A DNA stretch of 64,000 bases from an uncultured Anaerolineales bacterium (GCA_964510295.1 CAZEBQ010000001.1:829-64828); one strand, 5' to 3'. Shown: positions 11,231-21,442, numbered from the stretch's first letter. Notes: generated by a model not told the origin, from the letters alone. Made by a program: numbers and translations.

Positions 11231-12247
11231 ATGACGACGTTCGGGCGTGTCGCTGTGACGGTCGCGGTGGCGGCGGTCCTGGTGGGAGTCACCGCGCTGG
11301 TTGCGCATCTGTTGGACGTGCCGGAAGCGACGTCCAACCTGCCGGCGCCGTCGGTCACCGTCGAGACGCCGAGCACGACCGAGGAACTGGGACCGCCCCC
11401 CCAGCCTCCTGCCGAGCCCAAGCCGCCCGACGCGGCGAAACCGCCCGTGCCTGCCGAAACGCAGCCGCCCGACGCGGCGAAACCGCCTGCGCTTGCCGCA
11501 GGGGACGAGCAGCAGACTGACTCGGCCGGCGCCGGGGCCCAAGCGGCCGACGAAGGCCTCGCGATGGTGCGCGACCGCCCGGTCGCCGCACAGAAACGGC
11601 TCAGCCAGGCCGTCCGCGCGGGGGTCGTCGGGCTCAAGGCCGCCGAGGTCCGCGAGGCCATCAAGAACCTGGCCGACAAGTTGCAGTTGTCGTCACGCCG
11701 GCATCCTGACGATACCTACTCCAAGGGGTACCACGTGGCTTCAGGCGACACGCTCACCAGCATCGGCGAGCGGCACTGCATCCCGTACGAACTCGTCATG
11801 AAGGTAAACCGCCTGTCCACAACGAGCATCGTGGCCGGCCAGACGCTCAAGGTTATCCAGGGGCCGATCCACATAGAGATCCTGAAGGGCCGCAAGGAAC
11901 TGCGGGTCTGGCTCGGCGACGTCTGCCTGCGGACGTATCTGGTCGGCATCGGAGCAGCGGACTCGACGCCCGATGGAGTGTTCATCGTCAAGAGCAAGGT
12001 CCAAAATCCGCCGTACCAACCGCAGCACAAGCCGAAGTCGGAGTTCCGCGCGGCCGGGGCACCCGACAATCCGCTCGGGACGCGGTGGATCGACATCGGC
12101 AACCATTATGGAATCCACGGCACGATCGAACCCGACAGCGTCGGCCGCAGCGTATCCGAAGGCTGCATTCGCCTGCACAACAAGGACGTCGAAGAACTCT
12201 ACGACATGGTCGTCATCGGTGCGACCAAGGTCACCATCCGGCCATAG
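11231..12247 (+). CDS. LysM-domain L,D-transpeptidase (YkuD family) with a Pro-rich linker
   Basis: A TM segment and PPDAAKPP repeats are followed by LysM (YHVASGDTLTSIGERH...) and an Ldt catalytic region ending ...SEGCIRLHNKDVEELY. AAGGAG lies upstream of ATG 11231. Confidence 0.8.
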   Translation: MTTFGRVAVTVAVAAVLVGVTALVAHLLDVPEATSNLPAPSVTVETPSTTEELGPPPQPPAEPKPPDAAKPPVPAETQPPDAAKPPALAAGDEQQTDSAGAGAQAADEGLAMVRDRPVAAQKRLSQAVRAGVVGLKAAEVREAIKNLADKLQLSSRRHPDDTYSKGYHVASGDTLTSIGERHCIPYELVMKVNRLSTTSIVAGQTLKVIQGPIHIEILKGRKELRVWLGDVCLRTYLVGIGAADSTPDGVFIVKSKVQNPPYQPQHKPKSEFRAAGAPDNPLGTRWIDIGNHYGIHGTIEPDSVGRSVSEGCIRLHNKDVEELYDMVVIGATKVTIRP

Positions 12248-12305
12248 GGCTGCGCTGCTGTGCGGGTCAGACGTACAATAGGGTGGTTGCAGAGGGTCTG
12301 GAGCC

Positions 12306-15300
12306 ATGACGACTCTTACCGACTATCGTCCGTATTTCGAGGTGCTCGGCCGGGTGGAGCGAATCCGGGCGAGGATCCGGTCGCTCGGCGTCCTCGAAGG
12401 GCTGTTCACGCTGATCACCGTCCTGTGCGGCATGGTGCTGGTGCTGACCCTGGCGCAGGGGTACCTGCGTTTCGGGCCGGCCGGCCGGCTGATCCTTCTG
12501 CTCACCGGCGCCGGGACGGCCGTCGTCGCCTTCTGGCGGTGCTTCGTTATCCCCATCCGGTATGACCCGAACGACAAGGAGGTGGCCCGCTTTTTGGAGG
12601 TCCGGCTCCCCGAACTGGGCAACAGCCTCATCAACACCATCCTGCTGGCCGAGCGGGCCGACGACTGGTCGGGGGTTCTGGTGGAACGGGCCATCGACGA
12701 GGCGGCCAGCGGCGCCAGGGGCGTGGACCTGATGGCGGCCGTCAGCGAACGTCGGGCCAAACGGTGGGGGCTTGCGGCCGGCCTGGCGATGCTGCTGCTC
12801 GCGGCGTTCGTGGTTTTGGCGTACGGTCGATTCTCGTCGGCGGGGCTTCAGATCCTGATGCCGCTGACGCGCGTGGCGTCGGTCGGCGACGTGCAGTTCC
12901 GCTCCATCACGCCGGGCAGCGTGTCGTGGATCAAGGGCGAACCGCTGACCATCGAGGCTGTCATCTCCGACCCCAAGGGCAAACGCTACGAGGGCGCCAT
13001 CGAGATCTGCGGCGTGACGGACGGCCACACCGGCCGCAACGCCCTGGCCCTTGCGTCGGGTACGCTCAACCGCTTTGCGTATCGCGTGCCGCAGGTCCTC
13101 CAGCCGTTCGCGTACCGTCTGACGGTGGGCGGCACGGAGAGCCCGCAGTTCAAGGTCGCGCTGAAAGAGCCGCCGCTCATCGAGCAGATTGACGTTACCT
13201 ACCACTACCCCGAGTACACGGGCCTGGAGCCGCAACGCGTCGAGAACAACGGCGGCGAGATGCGCTGCCTCACCGGAACGACCGTCGAGATGGTGATCCG
13301 CGCCTCTTCGCCTGTCGAGGCAAGCAGCCTGTTGTTCGGCAGCGGGCAGACGCTCAAGTGTCTCCCCGGCGAGAGCGGCCGCACCGCGTCCACCCGGTTC
13401 ACCGTCTTGGCCGATGACACGTACCAGATTCACCTGGGCGGGGCGGCGCCGAACGGGGCCGCCGTGGTGTACCGGATCTTTGCCCTCGAAGATCAACCGC
13501 CCGTCGTGCAGTTCACGGTTCCGGCCCGCGACGTGGTGGCCGGCCTCGGCGACAGCGTCAAGATGAGTCTCAAAGGCGCCGACCGGTACGGACTCGGCGA
13601 GGTCCGCCTCTTGGCCCAGACCGAGGGCGCGGCCGAGCCCGCCGTTCTCGCCACGTGGAAGACATTCGCCAACCCGAAAGAGGCGGTCATCGACTCTTGC
13701 GTGCGCATCGACCCGGCCGAGTACCGCATCGGCCAGACCATCATCTACTGGGCCGAGGCCCTCGACCGGCGGACGTACCAGGGTGGCGCGACGCCCAAGG
13801 GGCCGAACCGGGCGACGACCGCCAAGTACAAGATCATCCTCGAAGACAAGAAGGTGGCCGCCGAGCAGAAACTCGACCAACTCTCACGCCTCTACGAACG
13901 CCTCCGCGAAATCCTCAAGAGTCAGGAGCAGGCCCGAATCGCCACGGGCGGGCTCGCCCAACTCAAGGCCCTGGCCGAGGCACGATCCGGAGGCTTCACC
14001 CTCGGACAGGCCCAGCGGTCGATCCGCGAAGCGACGCTACGGGTCGTCAAGGAGGTCGCGTTCGACGCCGAGACGATGGCCATTCGCGAGACTCTTCAGA
14101 TGCTGACCGCCAATGAGATGGCCGCCGCCATGACGAAGGCCAAGGCGATTGCCGATATCCAGGACGCCTCGCGCCTGGCGACCGTGCCCCAACTCGCTGC
14201 GGCTCTCGCCAGGGACCAGGATACCATCATCGCGGTGCTGCGGCGCATTCTCGACATCACGGCCAGGCTTGCCGACGCGGTCAAGGAGGAACAGAACCGC
14301 CTCGACCCCTCGGACCTGCCCGACGACGTGCTCGACAAACTCAAGGCCCTGCGCGACCGTCTGAAGGAGTTCGTGGACGAGCAGAAGAAGGTCATCGAGG
14401 CGTCCAAGGAACTCGCCAAACGACCCGTTGACGATTACACCGAAACCGACCAGCGGGAACTTGAGAAACTCGAGGCCATCGAGGACCAGTGGGACAAGTT
14501 CCTGACCGAGGCCATCGCCGATTTCTCAAAGGTGCCGGAGGTCGATGCGTCGAACCCGAGCCTCTGCAAGGAACTCATCGAGGTCAAGACCGACGTCGAA
14601 ATGGCCGCCGACGCCCTCTCGAAGAAGGCGGCTGACATCGCCGTCCCGCTCGAAGAACTCGGCATGGAGGGGGCCGAAGAGATCGCCGAGAATCTCGAAC
14701 GGTGGTTGCCCGACACGCCCGACCGCGACCGCTGGAGCCAGGAAGACTTTACCGGCGACTACGAAATCCCCCACGCCGAACTGCCCGAACAACTCGAAGA
14801 CCTCGTCGGCGACCTCCTGGAAGAGGAGGAAGACCTCTTCGAGGAGATGGAGGACGTGACCGCCAACGCTGGCGACTCCATCGACAAGGGCGCCGGATGG
14901 GACGCCATGGACGGCCCCATCTCCAGTTTCGCCGCCAAGGGCGTTACCGGCAACCGGTTGCCGAACACGAGCGAGATCAGCGGTCGCAGCGGCGAAGGTC
15001 GCACCGGCAAGGCATCGGGTGAGTTCGTCGAGGAGACCGCCACCGGCAAAGGCGGACGCCGGACTCCCACACGCCTGTCGCCCGATGCCTTCTCCAAGGG
15101 CGAGGTCAAGGATACCAGCCCCGAGGCGCCGACCGGCGCAACGGGCGGCGGGAAGATCTCCGGTTCAGGCAGCGAAGGCCTCGAAGGCCCCGTCCCGCCC
15201 GAGGTCCAGCGGCGGATGGGAACCCTCGCCGGCCGGCAGGCCCAACTTCGCAACAAGGCCGAAGGCGTCAAGGCCGCACTCCAGGTCCGCAACTACGACT

Positions 15301-15581
15301 CCTTCTCGCTGAACGAGGCCATCGACGCCATGCGGAAGATCCAACGCGACATCCTCGCCGGCCGCTACCGCAACGCCCTCCGGCGAAAGGACGTCGTCCT
15401 CGATAACCTCAAAGGCACCAAGATGCTCCTGTCGGGCGAGGTCCGTATCCGCAAAGACGCCAGCGTGGCCCTGCCCAATGAAGTCCAGAAAGACGTGCTC
15501 GATGCCCTCGACAAGCCCATGCCGCGCGGCTACGAGGAGTACCTCAAGCGCTACTACACGCGGCTAAGCGAAGGCTCGTGA
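12306..15581 (+). CDS. Large (1091 aa) membrane-anchored hypothetical protein with long coiled-coil/acidic regions, possibly DUF4175-like
   Basis: Two N-terminal TM helices are followed by a ~1000-aa extracytoplasmic region with EEEEDLFEEMED and Gly/Ser-rich tracts. No motif could be confidently assigned. Confidence 0.55.
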   Translation: MTTLTDYRPYFEVLGRVERIRARIRSLGVLEGLFTLITVLCGMVLVLTLAQGYLRFGPAGRLILLLTGAGTAVVAFWRCFVIPIRYDPNDKEVARFLEVRLPELGNSLINTILLAERADDWSGVLVERAIDEAASGARGVDLMAAVSERRAKRWGLAAGLAMLLLAAFVVLAYGRFSSAGLQILMPLTRVASVGDVQFRSITPGSVSWIKGEPLTIEAVISDPKGKRYEGAIEICGVTDGHTGRNALALASGTLNRFAYRVPQVLQPFAYRLTVGGTESPQFKVALKEPPLIEQIDVTYHYPEYTGLEPQRVENNGGEMRCLTGTTVEMVIRASSPVEASSLLFGSGQTLKCLPGESGRTASTRFTVLADDTYQIHLGGAAPNGAAVVYRIFALEDQPPVVQFTVPARDVVAGLGDSVKMSLKGADRYGLGEVRLLAQTEGAAEPAVLATWKTFANPKEAVIDSCVRIDPAEYRIGQTIIYWAEALDRRTYQGGATPKGPNRATTAKYKIILEDKKVAAEQKLDQLSRLYERLREILKSQEQARIATGGLAQLKALAEARSGGFTLGQAQRSIREATLRVVKEVAFDAETMAIRETLQMLTANEMAAAMTKAKAIADIQDASRLATVPQLAAALARDQDTIIAVLRRILDITARLADAVKEEQNRLDPSDLPDDVLDKLKALRDRLKEFVDEQKKVIEASKELAKRPVDDYTETDQRELEKLEAIEDQWDKFLTEAIADFSKVPEVDASNPSLCKELIEVKTDVEMAADALSKKAADIAVPLEELGMEGAEEIAENLERWLPDTPDRDRWSQEDFTGDYEIPHAELPEQLEDLVGDLLEEEEDLFEEMEDVTANAGDSIDKGAGWDAMDGPISSFAAKGVTGNRLPNTSEISGRSGEGRTGKASGEFVEETATGKGGRRTPTRLSPDAFSKGEVKDTSPEAPTGATGGGKISGSGSEGLEGPVPPEVQRRMGTLAGRQAQLRNKAEGVKAALQVRNYDSFSLNEAIDAMRKIQRDILAGRYRNALRRKDVVLDNLKGTKMLLSGEVRIRKDASVALPNEVQKDVLDALDKPMPRGYEEYLKRYYTRLSEGS

Positions 15582-17500
15582 ACCGACCGGCCCGGGGTCA
15601 GGGGCCGTACCGGGGGAGGCGTATGAGGCACGTTCCGGCAGGTCTCCTTGGTGTCGTTGCCGCGTCGCTTCTGGTGTCGGCCTCCAGCGGCGCGATCGCC
15701 GCCCCGTTTGCTGCCCCGTCCGCTGCGCCGCCCGCTGCTCCGTCTGCTGCGCCGGCCCTGCCCAAGACGGGCGCGACCGATCCGGCCGCCGCGAAGGAGG
15801 AGCCGAAACCGCCCGAGATGCCGGCGGCCGTCCGGTGGCAGGCCAGAGTCCTGACCCCCAACGTCCTGTCGTGCGAGCCGGTTATCCTCGAGGTCGGTTG
15901 GCGCAACACGTCCACGGAGCGCGTAACGTATCCCGACGATCAGCCGCTGCTCTTTGTCGTCCGACAACCGGGCGAGAAGGGGCTGCGCCTGTTCTGGATC
16001 GTGCGGCGAATCCGCCGCGACCTGATGATTCCCCTGGCACCCGGCCAGACCTACTCCCGCAAAGTGCCGTTCGTGTTGGGATGGGAACCGGGCGAGACCA
16101 AGCCCCCCAAGGAGTTCGTCCTCACCGAGCCGGGACCGTACGAGATCTTTATCGTCGGTGCGCTGAATAAGAAGCCGATGGCCGTCACGGTTGCCGAAGC
16201 CGCATCGGCCGCGGACGTTGCGGCACGGAAAGGGTGGACCGTCGAGGCCGCCCGTTGGCTGGTCGGCGGGCGGCCGGATCCCAAGACGGTTGAGCCGGCC
16301 CTGGAGACCATCTACTCGCACCATCCGACCAGCCGGTACGCGCCGTGGGCGATGTGGATTCACGCCACCATCATGACGGCGCGCGGCGACGCCGGGGACT
16401 TTGCGGCGGCGGCGCGACTGGGCGAGATGCTTGCGGCACGGTATCCGGATTTCGCCCTCCGAGAGGAGGTGCTTAAGGCCACGGTCGCCGTCTACGCCGC
16501 CACCGGGAAAGCCGACCGAGGCCACCAGGTGTTGGCGGAGTTGGCGCGCCTGTTCCCACAGAGCCGGTACCTCGCGGACCTGCGTGAACGTCTCGACAAG
16601 GCGGCGGCGCGGCCGGTGGCGCGGCCGGTCGTGCGGTCCGAGATGCCGTCGCCGGCCACGCCGATTCCACGGGCGACGGTCCGCGTATCCGGGACCGAGA
16701 TGATCCCGCAAGGCGCCCGCGAGGCGTTCCAGGCGTTCTGGCGGGCGGTGGCCGGCGGCGACTTCGCCGCCCTCGCGGCCCTGCTCGCCGAGGAGTTCAT
16801 GAGTGATGACGGGCCGCGGCAGCAATACCTGTCGGCCCTCTGGAAGCAGCGGAAGAACGCCGCCGCCGGCGCGATCCAGGTCCGTGTCGGCAAGGCCCGA
16901 CTCGCCGAGGCGTATGCGCGGCCGCGAAGCATGCCGTCGGGTGCGGCGCGGACGTGGCAAGGCGAGTTGTGCATCGTCGACGGGTCGCTGGCCGTCGCCT
17001 GGGACCGGCCGGGCGGCGTCAAGGACGTGACGCGTCGTCCGACCGCGTGCTGGGTGCTCCGGAAGTCCGCCGCAGGAAGATGGAAACTGCTCTCTGAAAC
17101 CTCCTCCACACCCAACCTGCTCGCCGCCGGGCAGGCGCAGGGCATCTACTCGAAATTGCCGAGGGGGCTGAAGACCTGGCGCATCAGCGACGGCACGCGC
17201 GAACGCTTCCCCTATGAGGAGATCAAGGCCGAACTCGGCCTCACGGGGAAAGTCGCCGACGACCGCGCCAGGTGGGTCAATCATAAGTTGACCATGACGG
17301 GGGCGGCGATGACCGAGCCGCGGCTCCAAGGCCAGATCCGCCTGCCGCTCAACTCCGACGCCCCGACCCCCGGGCAGTGGATTGTGCGGGACGTGCACAT
17401 CTGTCTGGCCCCGGGGCCGAGCGGCGACCTCATCCTGAAACGCATCGACCTGAAGATGCCAAGCCAGCCGAGCCGGCCCGACCCGGCAGGGTTGCCGTGA
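15578..17500 (+). CDS. Secreted Ala/Pro-rich hypothetical protein (640 aa)
   Basis: A signal peptide and an AAPxAAPS repeat linker are present. The start overlaps the stop of the preceding gene by 4 nt, which suggests translational coupling. Confidence 0.5.
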   Translation: MNRPARGQGPYRGRRMRHVPAGLLGVVAASLLVSASSGAIAAPFAAPSAAPPAAPSAAPALPKTGATDPAAAKEEPKPPEMPAAVRWQARVLTPNVLSCEPVILEVGWRNTSTERVTYPDDQPLLFVVRQPGEKGLRLFWIVRRIRRDLMIPLAPGQTYSRKVPFVLGWEPGETKPPKEFVLTEPGPYEIFIVGALNKKPMAVTVAEAASAADVAARKGWTVEAARWLVGGRPDPKTVEPALETIYSHHPTSRYAPWAMWIHATIMTARGDAGDFAAAARLGEMLAARYPDFALREEVLKATVAVYAATGKADRGHQVLAELARLFPQSRYLADLRERLDKAAARPVARPVVRSEMPSPATPIPRATVRVSGTEMIPQGAREAFQAFWRAVAGGDFAALAALLAEEFMSDDGPRQQYLSALWKQRKNAAAGAIQVRVGKARLAEAYARPRSMPSGAARTWQGELCIVDGSLAVAWDRPGGVKDVTRRPTACWVLRKSAAGRWKLLSETSSTPNLLAAGQAQGIYSKLPRGLKTWRISDGTRERFPYEEIKAELGLTGKVADDRARWVNHKLTMTGAAMTEPRLQGQIRLPLNSDAPTPGQWIVRDVHICLAPGPSGDLILKRIDLKMPSQPSRPDPAGLP

Positions 17501-17809
17501 GCCGGCGACCTCAACCGGTGGGTCAACATCTGGCTGCGGTACCAGGCGGGCAGTCTCGCGTGGTGGTCGCGCACGTCGGCTACTGCTACATGGGCATCTA
17601 CGGGTACGGCACGCGCGACGAGGAGCGCACCCGCAAGTGCCTCGCCTCGATGGAGACGTCCCTGAACGCATCGAAGGGGAGTCTGGCCGTGCCACCCGTC
17701 TTGAGTCTACTTCGGCAGCCGGTGGATGGGAAGCGTCCACGGGAAAACCGTGGCGGCGGCGTGAGGGGCGCGCGATAATTGGGCCGCAGCGTCGGCTGGA
17801 GGAGCGATC

Positions 17810-18859
17810 GTGGTTCAGCACGCCTGTCGGGGTTGGATGGTTGGGGCGGCGATGGTTGTGGCGGCTGTCCTCGCGGTCGTCGTGGTTGGGGGAACCGCCG
17901 CATTCGGCGACCTGAAGCCGCCGTTTGCGTGGACGTTGTCGCGGCCGCTCATTTCGCCGGTTCAGCCGGCCGAAGGCGAGTGCGTCTCGGTGAAGGACCC
18001 GACCATCGTGTTTGCCGAGGGCCAGTGGCACCTGTTCATGACGCTCCGCGGCCGGCCGCGCTCCCACCAGATCGAGTATGTCTCGTTCGCGAAGTGGGAG
18101 GACGCCGACAAGGCGCCGCGGAGCATCCTCCGCTGCCACGACGGCTACTTCTGTGCGCCGCAGGTCTTCTACTTTCGGCGGCATAGGACGTGGTACCTTG
18201 TGTATCAGTCGGCCGATCCGAACCGCAAACCGGGCCTGCAGCCGACCTACGCGACGACCGAGACGCTGGGCGATCCCGCATCGTGGTCGCCGGGCAAATG
18301 GTTCTTCCCGAAGGTCAACCCGAAGGGCGTCCGCCGCTGGATCGATTTCTGGGTCATCTGCGATGCGCAGCGTGCGTACCTCTTCTTCACGTCCCTCGAC
18401 GGACACCTGTGGCGGATGTGGACGCCCATCGAGACGTTCCCGGAAGGGTTCGACCATTGTGAACTCGCCCTGAAGGCCGACATCTTCGAGGCCGCCCACA
18501 TCTACCGGCTCAAAGGTCGGGACGACTACCTGGCCGTCATCGAGGCCCAGGGCAGGGGCGGACGCCGGTACTATAAGGCCTACACAGCCGACCGTCTAAA
18601 CGGTGCCTGGCGGCCGCTGGCCGACACCGAGAAGCAGCCGTTCGCGGGTGAGGTCAACGTTCGCCAGGCGGCCCCGCCGTGGGCCGACAACATCAGCCAC
18701 GGCGAACTGCTTCGCGCCGGATTCGACGAGACGCTCACGGTCGATCCGGCCAACCTGCGGTTCCTCATCCAGGGCGTCACACAGAAGGCCAGGGCCGGCA
18801 AGAAGTATGGCGACATCCCGTGGCGGCTGGGGCTCCTGACGGCCGTGGCGCGCGACTGA
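17810..18859 (+). CDS. Glycoside hydrolase, five-bladed beta-propeller type (GH43/GH62-like)
   Basis: A signal/TM N-terminus is followed by DPTIVFAEGQWHLFMT and a later ISHGELLR, reminiscent of GH43/62 family propellers. This is a family-level call only. Confidence 0.5.
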   Translation: MVQHACRGWMVGAAMVVAAVLAVVVVGGTAAFGDLKPPFAWTLSRPLISPVQPAEGECVSVKDPTIVFAEGQWHLFMTLRGRPRSHQIEYVSFAKWEDADKAPRSILRCHDGYFCAPQVFYFRRHRTWYLVYQSADPNRKPGLQPTYATTETLGDPASWSPGKWFFPKVNPKGVRRWIDFWVICDAQRAYLFFTSLDGHLWRMWTPIETFPEGFDHCELALKADIFEAAHIYRLKGRDDYLAVIEAQGRGGRRYYKAYTADRLNGAWRPLADTEKQPFAGEVNVRQAAPPWADNISHGELLRAGFDETLTVDPANLRFLIQGVTQKARAGKKYGDIPWRLGLLTAVARD

Positions 18860-18931
18860 CCCGCCGCACCGGCGGGCCGCTGTTGGCGCCGAAACGCGAT
18901 TCGGCGCAAGGAGAGTACGCGGGGTATAGCA

Positions 18932-20197
18932 ATGAGCCGACCCATCCGAACGCCGGCGCGTCTGTGGGTCGTGCCGCTCCTGCTTCTTCTCGTCCCCGGC
19001 TGCGATATGCGGGGGCAGGCGCCGCCCGGCGAAATGCCGTGGGTGCGCGTTTCCCAGGACGGGCGACGCTTCGTGCTGGAACCGTCCGGTAGAACATTCG
19101 TCCCGTGGGGCTTCAACTACGACCATGACGACGGTGGCCGCCTCATCGAAGACTACTGGGACGCCGAGTGGCAACGGATCGAGGAAGATTTCCACGAGAT
19201 GAAGCAGTTGGGCGCCAACGTGGTCCGGGTGCACCTGCAACTTGGCCGGTTCATGGAGGGTCCCGATGGGGTCAACGACCGCGCCCTTGACCAACTGAGC
19301 CGCCTCCTCGGCCTGGCCGAGCGGGTGAGTCTGTACCTGGACCTGACGGGCTTGGGCTGCTACCACAAGCAGGACGTTCCCCCGTGGTACGATCCGCTGG
19401 CCGAGAGCGACCGCTGGGACGTGCAGGCGCGTTTCTGGGAAGCGGTGGCCGGGCGATGTGCCGGCAGCCCGGCCGTTTTCTGCTACGACCTGATGAACGA
19501 GCCGGTCGTTCCGGGCCGGCGCGGGAAGCGCGACGACTGGCTGGCCGGGGCTTTTGCGGGGAAGCACTTCGTTCAGTTCATCGCCCTGGAGACAGGAGAT
19601 CGCGAGCGGCCGGCCGTTGCGTTGGCGTGGGTCCGCCGCCTGAAAGCCGCCATCCGGAAACACGACCCCCGCCACCTTGTCACGGTCGGCCTCGTGCCGT
19701 GGAGCCTCGACCGGCCGGGTCTATCGTCAGGTTTCGTGCCGGAGAGAATCGCGACTGAACTGGACTTCATCAGTGTCCACCTGTATCCGGAGAGGGGACG
19801 CGTGGACGAGGCGATGGAGACGTTGCGCGGATTCGCCGTCGGCAAGCCGGTCGTCATCGAGGAGACGTTTCCCCTGAAATGTGGCCGGCCGGAATTCGAG
19901 CGGTTCATCGACCGGTCGCGCGAGGTGGCGTCGGGCTGGATCGGGTTCTACTGGGGCAAGACGCCTGAGGAGTGCCGCCAGTCGGGCACCATCCGCGATG
20001 CGATGACGTGGGGCTGGCTGGACCTCTTCCAGAAGAACGCAAAGACGATGAAGCCGCAGCCGCTTTCGAGAGTCCGTACAAGGCAAGGGGATACCAATGA
20101 AACTGACAGCCGCTGGAGTCCTGGTGCTGGTCCTTGTGTTCGGGTTGACGCGATCTGCCGCAGCGGAGGGCATCATCGCGCCGGGGGCGAAACCTGA
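18932..20197 (+). CDS. Glycoside hydrolase family 5-like lipoprotein
   Basis: A lipobox LLVPGC is present. NVVRVHL...YDLMNEP contains the GH5 NEP acid/base motif within a TIM-barrel-like length. Confidence 0.65.
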   Translation: MSRPIRTPARLWVVPLLLLLVPGCDMRGQAPPGEMPWVRVSQDGRRFVLEPSGRTFVPWGFNYDHDDGGRLIEDYWDAEWQRIEEDFHEMKQLGANVVRVHLQLGRFMEGPDGVNDRALDQLSRLLGLAERVSLYLDLTGLGCYHKQDVPPWYDPLAESDRWDVQARFWEAVAGRCAGSPAVFCYDLMNEPVVPGRRGKRDDWLAGAFAGKHFVQFIALETGDRERPAVALAWVRRLKAAIRKHDPRHLVTVGLVPWSLDRPGLSSGFVPERIATELDFISVHLYPERGRVDEAMETLRGFAVGKPVVIEETFPLKCGRPEFERFIDRSREVASGWIGFYWGKTPEECRQSGTIRDAMTWGWLDLFQKNAKTMKPQPLSRVRTRQGDTNETDSRWSPGAGPCVRVDAICRSGGHHRAGGET

Positions 20198-20993
20198 AAA
20201 ACTGGCCGGCGGGTTCGAATTCACCGAGGGGCCGGCCGCCGATGCCGAGGGCAACGTCTTCTTCACCGATCAGCCGAACGACCGCATCCTGAAATGGAGC
20301 GTCGAGGGCAAACTCTCGACGTTCCTCCAGCCGTGCGGATGCTCGAACGGCCTCTACTTCGATCGCAGCGGCAACCTGCTGGCCTGCGCCGACGAGAACA
20401 ACCAATTGTGGTCGATCAATCCGTCGGGCAGGGTGACCATTCTCGTCAAGCATTTCAAGAACAGGCTGCTCAACGGCCCCAACGACGTGTGGGTTCGGCC
20501 CGACGGCGGCATCTATTTCACCGACCCGTTCTACAAGCGGTCGTACTGGAAGCGCGGGCCGATGGAGCAGGAGGGACAGTGCGTCTACTACCTTTCGGCC
20601 GACCGCAAGATCTTCAGACGCGTGACCACCGACCTGAAGCAGCCGAACGGCATCATCGGAACGCCCGACGGCAAGCAACTCTACGTGGCCGATATCGGCG
20701 CGAACACAACATATCTCTACGCCATCAACGAGGACGGGACCCTCGCCGACCGCAAACTCTTCTGCAAGATGGGCTCCGACGGCATGACCATCGATTCGGC
20801 GGGCAACGTCTACCTGACCGGCCGCGGGGTGACCGTCTTCGACCCAAGCGGTAACAAGATCGAACATATCCAGATCCCCGAACGCTGGACGGCCAACGTC
20901 TGCTTCGGCGGCAAAGACCGTAAGACGCTCTTCATCACGGCCAGCAAAAGTCTGTACGGCTTGCGCATGGCGGTTAAGGGAGCGGGTGGATGA
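20097..20993 (+). CDS. SMP-30/gluconolactonase/LRE-like six-bladed propeller protein
   Basis: A signal peptide is followed by FTEGPAADAEGNVFFTD...NGPNDVWVRPDGGIYFTDP..., typical of the SGL family. It overlaps the GH5 gene by ~100 nt. Confidence 0.8.
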   Translation: MKLTAAGVLVLVLVFGLTRSAAAEGIIAPGAKPEKLAGGFEFTEGPAADAEGNVFFTDQPNDRILKWSVEGKLSTFLQPCGCSNGLYFDRSGNLLACADENNQLWSINPSGRVTILVKHFKNRLLNGPNDVWVRPDGGIYFTDPFYKRSYWKRGPMEQEGQCVYYLSADRKIFRRVTTDLKQPNGIIGTPDGKQLYVADIGANTTYLYAINEDGTLADRKLFCKMGSDGMTIDSAGNVYLTGRGVTVFDPSGNKIEHIQIPERWTANVCFGGKDRKTLFITASKSLYGLRMAVKGAGG

Positions 20994-21204
20994 GACGGAT
21001 GCTCCCCGCCGGGGGGCGAGGTAGCCGCGAAGCCCCGGCCGTGGACCCGAAGCGCTGACCTGCGTGAGATTGGTGCGCGCCGGGTCGGCCTAGCCGCCGC
21101 GCACATGCGCCGTTATGCGCGGCGGGTGCCGAGACCACCGCCGAAGGTCGTACGCGCTGGGAGCCGGCCTCCCGGCCACGTGCCACACGGCCCGTAGTAC
21201 GTGT

Positions 21205-21330
21205 TTAGCGTGTCATTCCGAGCGAGCGAAGCGAGTCGAGGAATCTCGCCGTTATCCGTGTCCAGACGACGAGATTTCTCCGCTCGCCCTCGCCTTTGGC
21301 GAGGGCTCGGTCGAAATGACATCGCTTCGA
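21205..21330. repeat. Structured inverted-repeat element (candidate small RNA or MITE)
   Basis: tgtcattccgagcgagcgaagcgagtcgaggaatc ... gccctcgcctttggcgagggc ... ctcggtcgaaatgaca, with terminal inverted repeats tgtcattccgag / ctcgg(tc)gaaatgaca. It lies just upstream of the dtxR promoter. Confidence 0.4.
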
Positions 21331-21413
21331 GAGGAGGCTAAGCACGTACGGGCCGCGCGGGCGCGCAGGGGCACCCGTGAACGGTCCCGGCGAATTCCCG
21401 CCCAAAAAGGGGC

Positions 21414-21442
21414 TTGACAAGTTCGGCGCGGCGAACTATGAT
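21414..21442 (+). promoter_or_regulatory. Sigma70-type promoter (TTGACA-17-TATGAT) of the dtxR-feoAB operon
   Basis: ggcTTGACAagttcggcgcggcgaacTATGATgcc has a perfect -35, 17-nt spacer and near-consensus -10, 60 nt upstream of the GTG start. Confidence 0.6.
21420..21437 (+). promoter_or_regulatory. Operator-like inverted repeat AGTTCG-N6-CGAACT inside the promoter spacer, with a third half-site CGAACT at 21451-21456
   Basis: The palindrome is seen directly. The same AGTTYG-N6-CRAACT architecture recurs at 24640-24657 in front of the second dtxR gene. Confidence 0.55.

Noticed and set aside
15554-18499. 981-aa minus-strand ORF spanning two plus-strand genes
   Set aside because: The composition is dominated by R/P/G, it crosses an intergenic region of the plus-strand genes, and the plus-strand genes have signal peptides and coherent domain structure.
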